Of a stretch of 64,000 nucleotides of DNA, positions 7,672-17,458 are shown in pieces. Under the pieces are notes generated by a model, which did no database searches, was not told the DNA's origin, and saw only the letters and a list, made by a program, of their open reading frames with translations. The stretch is taken from assembly GCA_046758865.1 (NCBI GenBank), contig JBHIBD010000001.1, forward strand, positions 7,443-71,442. Reading direction: 5' to 3'. Both the position numbers and the translations under genes were made by a program. Origin of the DNA: Candidatus Brocadiales bacterium (GTDB taxonomy: Bacteria > Planctomycetota > Brocadiia > Brocadiales > Bathyanammoxibiaceae). The number at the start of each line of letters is the position of its first letter. Positions within the stretch are counted from its first letter, which is position 1.

Positions 7672-9022
7672 ACCGTCGACCTATATTGTTAGCGAGCTGT
7701 CCATCCCCCAAACGTACATAGCCGTCCAAATCTTCAGCAAAAGAGTCAGCATCAAAAAGCCCCCATGGGTCAAACACAAGAGAGCGTTTCATCTGTGCCT
7801 TAAAATCTGCGCTTTTAAGCTCCTTAAACTCCTTCCACGGAGTAGTCAAGATACAGAGTTCTGCCCCTCTTAGGGCCTCTATTGCACTAGAGGCATAGAC
7901 GAAACCATTTCCCAGAACTTCTCGACAGTTTCGCATAGCCATGGGGTCGTAGACCCTAACACTTGCACCCTTTTCTTGTATCAGTTTAGTTAGCACCAAA
8001 GAGAAGGAATTTTCAATAATATCTACACCCGGCTTATATGCGAGACCCAGAATTGCTGTAACCCTGCCTTTGAGTTCTCCACTGCTTTCTTCGATTAATC
8101 TTATTATCTCATGGGTATGCCTTACATTGGACTCACCCACCGCACGTATCAGGGTAGGCCTATACCCCATAGTTTCCGAATAAGACAAGAAGAATTTTAA
8201 ATCCCGTGGGAAGCAGGGTCCGCCAAAGCCAAGTCCCGCTGTAAGGAATTTGCCGGCCCTTTCTCCACCATGCTGGAAAAACTTCGTTATTGCCCTTACA
8301 TCTGCCCCAGATAACCGTGAACATAGGACTCCTATCTCATTTATAAAAGCCATCTTGCATGTTGCGAAGGCGTTGTGGGTCATCTTAATTAACTCTGCCG
8401 TTAAGGGGGTTGTCCTTAATATTTGAGGCTTATTCTGGCATAGCCCAGCATAAAAATCTGCCATAGTTTTACCAACTCGTTCGTCACCTTCTCCGAGAAC
8501 CACAACAGGTGGATTCAGGAAGTCTCGAACTACTGTTGCTAGTGCTATGAACACGGGACTTGCACATACTCCAAAATCTTCTCCACACCTCTTGCCTGAG
8601 TACTGCTCTAAAGTGGGCCTAACTAAATCAGTGGTGGTGCCAGGTAAGATAGTGCTGCTTACTGCGACTATGTGGAAGTCTCTCTTGTTTCTTAGGGCAT
8701 TTCCTATAGCCTGAGAAGACTCACGTATTTGGCTCAGATCCATATTTCCGTCAGGGCCGTCAGGAGTGTTTACCGCAATGATGCTTATGCTGGAGTTACC
8801 TACCGCTGTTTGATAATCTGTAGTAATTTGAAACCTCCTGCTTGCAAGGGCTTCTTTAAGTAGGCCATCCATACCCGGTTCAGAGATAGGAGAAGTGCCC
8901 TTGGCAATCGATGCCACCCTTCTCTCATCAACATCAACGCCCACCACCTGATGGCCCATCTTTGCAATCGCAATCGCCATAGGAAGTCCCAACTTTCCCA
9001 ACCCTACCACCGAGATGTTCAT
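7628..9022 (-). CDS. nucleotide-sugar 6-dehydrogenase (UDP-glucose/GDP-mannose dehydrogenase family)
   Basis: Rossmann fold N-terminus ISVVGLGKLGLPMAIAIAKMGHQVVGVDVD and catalytic-Cys motif GFGGPCFPRDL. Substrate not determinable. Confidence 0.85.
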   Translation of the reverse strand: MNISVVGLGKLGLPMAIAIAKMGHQVVGVDVDERRVASIAKGTSPISEPGMDGLLKEALASRRFQITTDYQTAVGNSSISIIAVNTPDGPDGNMDLSQIRESSQAIGNALRNKRDFHIVAVSSTILPGTTTDLVRPTLEQYSGKRCGEDFGVCASPVFIALATVVRDFLNPPVVVLGEGDERVGKTMADFYAGLCQNKPQILRTTPLTAELIKMTHNAFATCKMAFINEIGVLCSRLSGADVRAITKFFQHGGERAGKFLTAGLGFGGPCFPRDLKFFLSYSETMGYRPTLIRAVGESNVRHTHEIIRLIEESSGELKGRVTAILGLAYKPGVDIIENSFSLVLTKLIQEKGASVRVYDPMAMRNCREVLGNGFVYASSAIEALRGAELCILTTPWKEFKELKSADFKAQMKRSLVFDPWGLFDADSFAEDLDGYVRLGDGQLANNIGRRYGEKALHSSPIFLP

Positions 9023-9039
9023 GACGGCTTCCTTATGTT

Positions 9040-10791
9040 TTACGCCCTTGCTTCAAGGACATATGGCCCAAGAACCAGAATATCCATTTTTGTTCGCAGC
9101 AGGCAATCTATTGCCTCTTCCGGGGTACACACGATAGGCTCATTATCATTAAAAGAGGTGTTGAGTAATACTGGGACACCTGTCAGCTTATAGAACTCAT
9201 TTATTAGCCTGGCATAGAGTGGATTGCTTTCAGAGGTCACCGTTTGTAGCCGTCCCGTGCCATCCACATGGGTAGTTGCTGGAATAACCCCACATTTTTC
9301 GGGTCTAACCTTATAGGCCATGAGCATATATGGTGATGGATATGTTTCTTCGAAGTACTCTCCCGTGCTCTCTTCCAAAATGGACGGTGCAAAGGGGCGA
9401 AAAGGCTCGCGGTGCTTTACTCTACTGTTTAAGATGTCTTTCATCTCTGCACGTCTTGGGTCTACCAATATGCTCCTGTTCCCCAGGGCCCTTGGTCCCC
9501 ATTCCATCCTCCCCTGGAACCAGCCCACAACTTTCCCATCCGAGATTGCTTGTGCTGCGTGCCGACATCGCTCACCCTCATCCTTTAACATTTTGACAGA
9601 GAGTGTCTTGGCTAACCGGGCATGTCTTGCATTGACGGCCGTTAACAGCACTTCGTCGGTGTATTCAGGTCCCCAGTAAGCATGTCTCATTTCAAAAACC
9701 CTCTCATTCCCAAGGACCTGGTTCCATACATAATAGGCGGCCCCTAACGCTGTCCCGCCGTCGTGAGCTGCAGGTTGTATATACACCTCGGTAAACGGTG
9801 TTTTCTCAAAAATCTTTCCGTTGACCACACAGTTAAGGGCCACTCCTCCTGCCAGGCAGAGGGTTTTCAACCCGGTTTTTCTGTAAAGTTTTCTTAGGAT
9901 TGAAAGCACCGCCCTTTCAAGGGCATCCTGGAGAGATGAGGCCACATCGTGGTGCCACTTTTCCAGGGCTTCGTCTGGATTCCTTTGTGGTCCCAGACTC
10001 TTTACAAGAGTACCAGAATATGCCTTCCCTATAACGGGGGTGCCACTAAGCCAAGTCATGTTAGACCCTGTCTTGTGGTGCACAAAATAGGAGAGGTTGA
10101 TCCTGTAAGATATGTCTTCAGAAAGATGCAGTATTTTATCAAACTCCGTTCGGTAAACAGCCTCTCCATAGGAGGCCAGGCCCATGACCTTATACTCGTC
10201 CCCATATTTGGGAAATCCCAGATATTGAGTAATCGCCGTATAGAGCTGGCCCAGGGAATGGGGATATTCTACCCAGTCCAAAACCCTAATCCTGTTCCCC
10301 TCACCAACCCCCCACATGGTGCTAACAAAGTCACCGAAACCGTCCATGGATAATACAGCGGCTTTATCAAAGGGTGAGACGAAGAAACTACTTGCCATAT
10401 GCGCCTTGTGATGCTCAACGTTGTGAAGCTGTGCAGTTATCTGGGAGGGTGGCACATCTAGGGCAGTGGCCACCTCTTCCCTCACATTTCCGATTCTCAC
10501 CCTGTTAGAAAGCCTATCGCGGACGAGGTCTATGCTCGGCCACGTGGAGAGTAAAAACCATATCTTTTTGTGCAAATGGGCGTTTGGGTCACGGGATATT
10601 GCTATGTGGCTGATCTCCTCAGGCCTTATCCCTGCTGCCTCTACGCAATACCCAACTGCTTGGTAAGGAAACCCGGCAGAGTTCTTCATCCTGTTAAACC
10701 TCTCCTCTTCCGCCGCGGCCAGCAATCTGCCGCTGTGTACGAGCACAGCCGAGGCATTGCCATGATAGGCATTAACTCCCAGGATATACAT
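9040..10791 (-). CDS. carbamoyltransferase (NodU/CmcH family)
   Basis: 583 aa. N-terminus ILGVNAYHGNASAVLV...AAEEERFNRMK and C-terminal LNTSFNDNEPIVCTPEEA are typical of the NodU/CmcH O-carbamoyltransferase family. Confidence 0.9.
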   Translation of the reverse strand: MYILGVNAYHGNASAVLVHSGRLLAAAEEERFNRMKNSAGFPYQAVGYCVEAAGIRPEEISHIAISRDPNAHLHKKIWFLLSTWPSIDLVRDRLSNRVRIGNVREEVATALDVPPSQITAQLHNVEHHKAHMASSFFVSPFDKAAVLSMDGFGDFVSTMWGVGEGNRIRVLDWVEYPHSLGQLYTAITQYLGFPKYGDEYKVMGLASYGEAVYRTEFDKILHLSEDISYRINLSYFVHHKTGSNMTWLSGTPVIGKAYSGTLVKSLGPQRNPDEALEKWHHDVASSLQDALERAVLSILRKLYRKTGLKTLCLAGGVALNCVVNGKIFEKTPFTEVYIQPAAHDGGTALGAAYYVWNQVLGNERVFEMRHAYWGPEYTDEVLLTAVNARHARLAKTLSVKMLKDEGERCRHAAQAISDGKVVGWFQGRMEWGPRALGNRSILVDPRRAEMKDILNSRVKHREPFRPFAPSILEESTGEYFEETYPSPYMLMAYKVRPEKCGVIPATTHVDGTGRLQTVTSESNPLYARLINEFYKLTGVPVLLNTSFNDNEPIVCTPEEAIDCLLRTKMDILVLGPYVLEARA

Positions 10792-10936
10792 TGTTACCCT
10801 TGACCTTCGGCCATTTCACGTAAGTCCTAGCTACACAAGAATCGGAGGTAAACACATCTAATAGTTCCATAAATAATACACCCAAGAAGCATATAAAAAA
10901 CATGATTACAACAGCAGCCAGAAACCTTCTTTGCAT
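10772..10936 (-). CDS. possible 54-aa single-TM mini-protein (not in ORF track)
   Basis: Manual translation: MQRRFLAAVVIMFFICFLGVLFMELLDVFTSDSCVARTYVKWPKVKGNNVYPGS. The ATG starts 2 nt after the stop of 10938..11858, and the ORF ends 20 nt inside the carbamoyltransferase gene. It fills an otherwise empty 146-bp gap. Confidence 0.3.
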   Translation of the reverse strand: MQRRFLAAVVIMFFICFLGVLFMELLDVFTSDSCVARTYVKWPKVKGNNVYPGS

Positions 10937-10937
10937 A

Positions 10938-11858
10938 TCAGGTTGGCTGGTAAAGCTGTAGAGTCAAGGCTACACCTTCTGAAAAACGTATTGATGGTTC
11001 CCATGCGAGTTGAGTCTCCGCCTTGTCGATATTTAAGCACACCCTGTCAGCTTCACCGGGTCTTTTGCTGCTAAAAATCGGCTCAATTCTAACCCCAAGG
11101 AGGTTTCTCACTGTGTTAAAGACCTCCAGGTCTGCAATCTCACTTCCTGAACCTAAATTAAAGATACCTCCGCTGTCAGGGTTGCGGATGGCTATTAAAT
11201 TGGCCTTTACCACATCGTCAATGTAAATGTAATCCCTTGTTTTGCTACCGTCTCCAAAAATGGTTGGTCTAATACCGGAGCGCATCTGCCCTATGAATAT
11301 AGCCACTACCCCATTTTCGCCGTGAGGGTCCTGTCGAGGCCCATAAACATTTCCATAACGGAAGGCAGTGTAACTGAGTCCATAGGTGTCGTAAAATAGC
11401 CGAAGATAAAGCTCTCCAATATATTTTGTTAAACCATAAACTGACACAGGGTCTCCTCCCTGGCTCTCGTGCAGAGGCAGGGGAATCTTGTCTGAGTAGA
11501 TGGCGCTGCTGGAGGCAAAGGTAACCTTTTTTACACCATATTTAATTGACAAGTTAAATATATTTAGTGAACCCATGACGTTCACCTGTGCATCAAAAAT
11601 AGGGTCGCTCATCGATCTTCTAACATCTGTTTGGGCAGCATGATGATTGACAATATCTGGGCGTTCCTTAGAAAACACCTCATCCAATTTTTCTGCATCT
11701 CTTATGTCTAGCTTGTAAAACCTGGCTTGAGCATTTAAGTTTCTCTCATGCCCGGTGGATAGGTTATCCACAATTATTACTTGGTGCCCGTCTTTGAGCA
11801 ATCCGCCAACAATATGGGAGCCGATAAAACCAGCCCCGCCTGTTACCAATATTTTCAT
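10938..11858 (-). CDS. NAD-dependent epimerase/dehydratase (GalE-like SDR)
   Basis: MKILVTGGAGFIGSHIV and the catalytic YGLTKYIGE (YxxxK). Confidence 0.85.
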   Translation of the reverse strand: MKILVTGGAGFIGSHIVGGLLKDGHQVIIVDNLSTGHERNLNAQARFYKLDIRDAEKLDEVFSKERPDIVNHHAAQTDVRRSMSDPIFDAQVNVMGSLNIFNLSIKYGVKKVTFASSSAIYSDKIPLPLHESQGGDPVSVYGLTKYIGELYLRLFYDTYGLSYTAFRYGNVYGPRQDPHGENGVVAIFIGQMRSGIRPTIFGDGSKTRDYIYIDDVVKANLIAIRNPDSGGIFNLGSGSEIADLEVFNTVRNLLGVRIEPIFSSKRPGEADRVCLNIDKAETQLAWEPSIRFSEGVALTLQLYQPT

Positions 11859-12766
11859 TTACCTGCTATTTCTCTCCTATACCACTCGATAGTTCGTCGG
11901 ATCCCCTCTTCCAGATCAATTCTGGGCTCCCATCCTAACTCTATGTAGGCCTTGTTATTAGAAAGCACCTTGCGAAAATACTGAAATTCCCCTACCCGAG
12001 TAGGTTCTTCCCGATAGATTATCTCAACACCATTGAGGAGTTTTGCAACCCGCTCAGCCAACTCTTTTATAGTAACAAAGCGCATGCCTTCGAGGTTATA
12101 GACCTGATTTTCTGCTACATCCTGTAAGGCCAGGACATGGGCCTGAGCCAGGTCCCCTACATAAACAAATTTCCTGGATGCGCTTCCATCCCCAAAAATA
12201 GTCAGGGGCTTGCCAGCAAAGGCACTATTAAGAAAGTTTTTCAAGACCAGGCCGTCCCACATCCCCGGTCCGTAGGGGATACCGTATCTGAGTATAGTAA
12301 AGGGTAGGCCATATAGCTTATTAAAATCGTGGGCCAGCATTTCACAAGCTATTTTGGCAGTAGTGTATGTGTGGCCCGCACCGGTGTGTAAAAATGGTTG
12401 CGTCTCATCAAGAACACCTGGGCCCATTGCATTAGCAACCCAGCAGGTACTGGCGATTATTACCCTTTTCACGGCGCTCTGGCGCGCGGCCTCAAGGACG
12501 CTGGCCGTTCCCCCTACATTAATATTTACAGCCTTCACGGGGTTGGCCAGGGCATCCCTGGCATCGGCCACAGCAGCAATATGAAATACCACACTGGGAC
12601 CGTATTCCTTAAATTCCTTTGTCAAGGATTCAACGTCACATATATCAATTTTCTTCGCATCATTGCTAACTTTATCTACCGGCAGTACATCGTGACCGTT
12701 GGTTCTTAACTCTCTGACCACGTGGCTTCCAATAAAACCGGAACTACCTGTAACTATGCACTTCAT
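11855..12766 (-). CDS. NAD-dependent epimerase/dehydratase (SDR)
   Basis: MKCIVTGSSGFIGSHVV and YTTAKIACE (YxxxK). ATGA overlap with the downstream gene. Confidence 0.85.
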   Translation of the reverse strand: MKCIVTGSSGFIGSHVVRELRTNGHDVLPVDKVSNDAKKIDICDVESLTKEFKEYGPSVVFHIAAVADARDALANPVKAVNINVGGTASVLEAARQSAVKRVIIASTCWVANAMGPGVLDETQPFLHTGAGHTYTTAKIACEMLAHDFNKLYGLPFTILRYGIPYGPGMWDGLVLKNFLNSAFAGKPLTIFGDGSASRKFVYVGDLAQAHVLALQDVAENQVYNLEGMRFVTIKELAERVAKLLNGVEIIYREEPTRVGEFQYFRKVLSNNKAYIELGWEPRIDLEEGIRRTIEWYRREIAGK

Positions 12767-12815
12767 AACTTTACCTTCTGTCGGGATTAGAAAAGGCTTG
12801 CTCTAATTCATAGGG

Positions 12816-13931
12816 TTAATTAATTGCCCTCTGATATAACACCTCAGTCAATGTCTCCACGGTGTAATGCATCTCTTCATCGGTTATGCCATAATATATG
12901 GGTAAACAGATATGGCGGTTGCATACATCATCAGCTAGAGGAAAATATGCATCAATACTCCCAAGGGCAGGTTGCTTGTGCAAGGGGATATCATAAACTC
13001 CCCCTGAGAGGCTGACACCGTCCCCCTTCATTGCTGTTTTTATTTTTTCCCTCTCGGTTCCTCTTGGAAGTAAGACTATGTATTTATACCAACTACTTTT
13101 CCCTTGGGGCAGCACTAGAGTAAGTCCTGATTTTTCCCTCAAAAGCCCTGAATAAATGTTGGCGGCCCTTTCGCGGGATGAAAGGAAGCTGTCAAGTTTC
13201 TCGAGTTGAACCAAACCTACTGCGGCAGCAAACTCGTTCATCCGCCAATTTGACCCTAAATGGGTGTGATAACTCACCCAGGGCTGGGGTTTGCCATGAT
13301 TGCGAAGCAGCCTGACCTTTTCAGCAAAGTCGTCATTATCGGTAACTACCATTCCTCCTTCACAGCTGGTCATTACCTTGGTGGCAAAGAAGGAGTAACT
13401 TCCGGCTATACCAAAGGTTCCTGCCTTCTTACCAAATATCTCGCTCCCGTGGGCGTGGGCAGCGTCCTCAAATAACCACAGCCCCCTGGCATCACACCAT
13501 GCCTTAATTTCCGCAATTTTGGGGGTTATAATTCCTCCAATATGAACAATGATTACACCCGCAGTATCTTTAGTAACCGCCTTTTCCAACCCTTTCAGGC
13601 TCACTGCAAAGGTATTAGGGTCAGTATCCACGAGTCTGACTTTTCCGCCGGCCAGGAGGACACTGGAGGCGGTGGATAGAAATGTGTTCGTTGGTACAAG
13701 TATCTCCCTATCCTTAACATCAAGTATCCTCATAGAAATCTCAATAGAGCTGGTACCGGAGCTCACTGCCACGGCATGTCTAGAACCTATAAATCTGGCG
13801 AATTCTCTCTCAAATTCCTCAACATTCTTTCCTTGAGCTATCTGGCCAGCGGATAGGCAGTTATCAATTCGCCTGAGGATCTTTTTTCTATCCTCTTCAG
13901 AGAAATATATCTTTACGGGCGGTATCTTCAT
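12816..13931 (-). CDS. DegT/DnrJ/EryC1/StrS-family sugar aminotransferase (PLP lysine present)
   Basis: EDAAHAHGS and SFFATKVMTSCEGGMVVT, with the Schiff-base Lys in ATK. Confidence 0.9.
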   Translation of the reverse strand: MKIPPVKIYFSEEDRKKILRRIDNCLSAGQIAQGKNVEEFEREFARFIGSRHAVAVSSGTSSIEISMRILDVKDREILVPTNTFLSTASSVLLAGGKVRLVDTDPNTFAVSLKGLEKAVTKDTAGVIIVHIGGIITPKIAEIKAWCDARGLWLFEDAAHAHGSEIFGKKAGTFGIAGSYSFFATKVMTSCEGGMVVTDNDDFAEKVRLLRNHGKPQPWVSYHTHLGSNWRMNEFAAAVGLVQLEKLDSFLSSRERAANIYSGLLREKSGLTLVLPQGKSSWYKYIVLLPRGTEREKIKTAMKGDGVSLSGGVYDIPLHKQPALGSIDAYFPLADDVCNRHICLPIYYGITDEEMHYTVETLTEVLYQRAIN

Positions 13932-13967
13932 ATTGCCACTTTTACTGTGCTTGCAACTACAGTCTTT

Positions 13968-14936
13968 TTATGTCCAGGGCTTGGAACCTGTATATTCTAT
14001 CGCTCTTTCGGCCTCGCTAATTCCAAACTTCTTTGCTTCATAAATCTTCGCATCCACATAGAAGCGATACCAGAAGCCCTGAAGGAAATGAAATGTGAGG
14101 CCTTCCTTGCCATCCAGGAAGCCGAGGAGGAAAAAATACCTGTAGCAAAAATACAAAAATGCCCGGAGAAACATGGGACAACGTGCATACACATTCACTT
14201 CAAGCCAGCGTTTATGTTTTTCCTGTGTGCCAAATAAGGATTGCTCAATAGTGCCCTCAGGAAGCTCCCCGTTTCCCATCATGCAAAGGGTATCCTTCAT
14301 TTTACCTATCGCCCAATGATTGTGTTTGTCTGTCCAGAAGGTAAGTCCTTTTCTGTTATAATCTATGAAATCATTTTTTAGCTTAATGGTTTCTCCATCG
14401 GATAGCACTATGTGTTCTTCAGTAATTTCTTCGTAGCGCCCCTTACCCTTTCGGAATGTCCTGAGGAACCAGGTTGGATAATAGCCTCCGTGTTTTATCC
14501 ACCTTCCAAGGAAATACACACGCCTTTTCATATAAATGCCGGTAACCTTTTTTGATAGTTTTGGTAACGTTTCACATATTTCACGGGCAAGCTCGGGGGT
14601 AACCATTTCATCCGCATCCAATCGTATTATCCAGTCATCAGCTATAGGTACATTATCCAGGGCCCAATTGAACTGCTTTGCTTGGTTCTCAAAGGGGTGT
14701 TGATATATCTTGTCCGTATATTTCTTGCAAATCTCCAGGGTCTTATCGGTACTGTAAGAGTCTATTATAATAGTCTCGCTCACCCAATCGTGTGTACTCT
14801 TGAGGCAGTGCTCGATGTTCTTTTCCTCATTGTATGTGAGTATCAGAAGGGATAAAGGACACTTGCCGTTCATCTCTTGTAAAAACCCTCCGTCTACAAC
14901 ATTTTGTGCACGAAGACCAAGCCCAAGGCCTTTCAC
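13968..14936 (-). CDS. glycosyltransferase family 2
   Basis: LSLLILTYNEEKNIEHCL, IIIDSYSTDKT and IRLDADE (DxD). The true start may be the internal Met (MNGKCPLSLL) near 14873. Confidence 0.85.
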   Translation of the reverse strand: MKGLGLGLRAQNVVDGGFLQEMNGKCPLSLLILTYNEEKNIEHCLKSTHDWVSETIIIDSYSTDKTLEICKKYTDKIYQHPFENQAKQFNWALDNVPIADDWIIRLDADEMVTPELAREICETLPKLSKKVTGIYMKRRVYFLGRWIKHGGYYPTWFLRTFRKGKGRYEEITEEHIVLSDGETIKLKNDFIDYNRKGLTFWTDKHNHWAIGKMKDTLCMMGNGELPEGTIEQSLFGTQEKHKRWLEVNVYARCPMFLRAFLYFCYRYFFLLGFLDGKEGLTFHFLQGFWYRFYVDAKIYEAKKFGISEAERAIEYTGSKPWT

Positions 14937-14944
14937 ACCTCAAG

Positions 14945-15655
14945 TTAACTCTTTCCCTGGCGTGCCTCTATGCCAATACAAGGAGACAGGAACCTGGTTC
15001 CCAGAAAGGGATACCTTGCATTGAAAAATCTGATTCTTACAGAAAACCCTGCCTCTTCAAACATGGGCACAAATCCCCGTGGCCAGAAGAGGTACTGGTT
15101 GGGGGAATGGTGTGCGAAGAAGTGTCTACATAATTGTTTAAGCCAGAAAGGGTTGGGCTCGATGCCTATATAAACACCTCCCCTTTTCAATACCCGTTTT
15201 ATCTCTATAAACACCTCCCGAAGGTCGGGGAGCTGGTGGAGTACTAGGGAGCCAAATACAGTACCAAAATAGTTCGATTTTACTGGTAAACGGAAGCAGT
15301 CCCCTACAATGGGCCTTAGTCTGGAATTTTTATTTGCCCTTATTGCAGGAACCATCCTTTCTAGAATCAGCTCAACTGGTACCACCACCTCTGGCCTAAA
15401 GAAGTCTGCAATGTATCTTGAGTGCTGGCACTCTCCTCCACCTATTTCGAGAACTTTCTTCCCCTTGAATGCAGCATCCACATCTAACCAGCTTTTGAAA
15501 TAAGGCCCAAGGTGCAGGTATGGAGCGGCGTCCTTTGGGGGATTCTTAAGATAATAACCTCTCTCTAGTACATAAGAGTAACGCAAGTTTTTCCGTCCAT
15601 ATTCGCTGGTATAAGATATCTCTCTTATGAATCTTTTTTCAAACACTCTACCCAT
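14945..15655 (-). CDS. class I SAM-dependent methyltransferase
   Basis: Motif I VLEIGGGECQH and a post-I/III region LKRGGVYIGIEPN. Confidence 0.8.
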   Translation of the reverse strand: MGRVFEKRFIREISYTSEYGRKNLRYSYVLERGYYLKNPPKDAAPYLHLGPYFKSWLDVDAAFKGKKVLEIGGGECQHSRYIADFFRPEVVVPVELILERMVPAIRANKNSRLRPIVGDCFRLPVKSNYFGTVFGSLVLHQLPDLREVFIEIKRVLKRGGVYIGIEPNPFWLKQLCRHFFAHHSPNQYLFWPRGFVPMFEEAGFSVRIRFFNARYPFLGTRFLSPCIGIEARQGKS

Positions 15656-16272
15656 AATGTAAGTGTCTTATAGCTCCCTTTATGTGTCATCTTAAGGTCT
15701 TCTTCATTAAGATAAGGAGAGTCTTCAAAGGCACACTCAACAATCCTGCTAAAACCGCAGTCCTCTAAAGTTTCCTTTAAGGATTCAAAGGTGAACATAA
15801 GCTTATGCTGACAATAACCAAGGATCCAATTAATGAATGTTCTTGAAATGGTTCTGCTATGAATACTAAATGCTGACCAATCACCCTTTTGACATGCCTC
15901 CCATCCTTTTTCAAAGGAAGGGACACCGATTCGCATTATTCCTCCCATCTTCAGCACCCGTTTACATTCTTTGAGCAAGAAATCCAGATCTTCCAGGTCT
16001 AAGTGTTCAAAAAAAGAGTGTGAGAAGATTGCCTTTACTGAATCATCCCTGAAAGGCAACCCATTCCTCAGGTCCAACCAACAATCTTTGCGCTTAAATG
16101 GGTTAGCTTCTATGTTGACCCAGCCCGGTAAATAGTGATTCCCCGAACCAAGGTGAAGTTTTAAGGGATTCTTGTTTAGTATAGGAGATAGCCATTTTAT
16201 TCTGAAATAGTTGGGAAAGGTAAGTACCCGGATGACTTCAAAGATATAGCTTTTGTAGTACCCTCTTATCAT
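15625..16272 (-). CDS. class I SAM-dependent methyltransferase (Methyltransf_11-like)
   Basis: LHLGSGNHYLPGWVNIE and FSHSFFEHL...LKMGGIMRIGVP. Confidence 0.75.
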   Translation of the reverse strand: MIRGYYKSYIFEVIRVLTFPNYFRIKWLSPILNKNPLKLHLGSGNHYLPGWVNIEANPFKRKDCWLDLRNGLPFRDDSVKAIFSHSFFEHLDLEDLDFLLKECKRVLKMGGIMRIGVPSFEKGWEACQKGDWSAFSIHSRTISRTFINWILGYCQHKLMFTFESLKETLEDCGFSRIVECAFEDSPYLNEEDLKMTHKGSYKTLTLWVECLKKDS

Positions 16273-16283
16273 ATTTAAGTATT

Positions 16284-17444
16284 TTATTGTCTTGGCAAGA
16301 TTGATTTATATAGTCCCACTAACCTGGCACCAATCTTTTCCCAAGAAAACTTTTCTCGCACCAACCTTCTACCATTCTCACCCATTTCTTTACGCAATGA
16401 ATCATCTTTCAAGAGTGTCTCAATCCCTTCTGCTATCTCCATGTGGTTGAGCCTCGTCACAATACCCGCCTCATAGGAGTTTATTTCCTTATGGATGTGA
16501 ACCTGGTCAGAGACCACCACTGGTAGCCTTGATGCCATGGCCTCTGTAACGGCTAGGCCAAAGTTTTCATCGTAAGAGGAAAGGACAAAGATGTCGGCAT
16601 CCCTTAACACACTCAACTTCCCTGCACCCGTAACAAACCCCGTGAATATAGTAATATCCGACAAACCGTGCTCTCTGACCCAGGACTTTACTTTGTGCTC
16701 AAAGGATTTATCTCCACTACCGGCTACAACAAACACAAAGTCTTTATAGCGGCTCCTAAGGGATGCAAGGGCTGGAATCAGGAGGTCCAGCCCCTTTTTG
16801 GGATCAATACGGGAGAGGAAAAGGATAATCTTCTTGTCCCCTGTAAGAGGATACTTTTCTCTGAATTTACCCGAAATCGGAAGCTGAGAGTAAATGTCAT
16901 CCACACCCAGGGGGATGACGACACCTCTCGTGTTATTTCCCAGATATGCCGCTTCACCTTTCTCCCTCTGGCTGGTGAAATGCATCGCTGCTGCACCTTC
17001 CACTAAACGTCTACTTAAAAAATACAGATGCAGTTTCTTTCTGAGAGGATTCCTCCTCAAAGAAAACTGGTTAAGTGCTCCCGCTGGTCGCAGAATGTAG
17101 GGCATTTTAATTTTACCAGCATAGTAAACGGTGGGTAAAATGGCATAACTAAAGAAAGCATCGATATGCACAAGGTCGTAAGAATGTAGGTTCTTTCTCA
17201 ACCACCAAGTAAGATCCCAGGAAAGAGCATACTTGTGGAGAAAAGGACTGTGCGTGTAATGCACCGGTACCCCATCTACATCCGTTGGCCCATACGGGAC
17301 GATAGTTGAACAGTCTTCTACATATGCATCAGTGGTAAGGATTTCTGCCTCGATTCCCTGCCTTCTGAGTTCTTTACATATACCAAGGGCTGCTAAGCCA
17401 CCTGAGGTGGGGACACAAGCAGAAACAAGATAAAGGACCCTCAT
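16284..17444 (-). CDS. glycosyltransferase family 4
   Basis: SSYDENFGLAVTEAMASRLPVVVSD, the GT4 E-x7-E region. Confidence 0.85.
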   Translation of the reverse strand: MRVLYLVSACVPTSGGLAALGICKELRRQGIEAEILTTDAYVEDCSTIVPYGPTDVDGVPVHYTHSPFLHKYALSWDLTWWLRKNLHSYDLVHIDAFFSYAILPTVYYAGKIKMPYILRPAGALNQFSLRRNPLRKKLHLYFLSRRLVEGAAAMHFTSQREKGEAAYLGNNTRGVVIPLGVDDIYSQLPISGKFREKYPLTGDKKIILFLSRIDPKKGLDLLIPALASLRSRYKDFVFVVAGSGDKSFEHKVKSWVREHGLSDITIFTGFVTGAGKLSVLRDADIFVLSSYDENFGLAVTEAMASRLPVVVSDQVHIHKEINSYEAGIVTRLNHMEIAEGIETLLKDDSLRKEMGENGRRLVREKFSWEKIGARLVGLYKSILPRQ

Positions 17445-17458
17445 GGGGCTATCTATGT

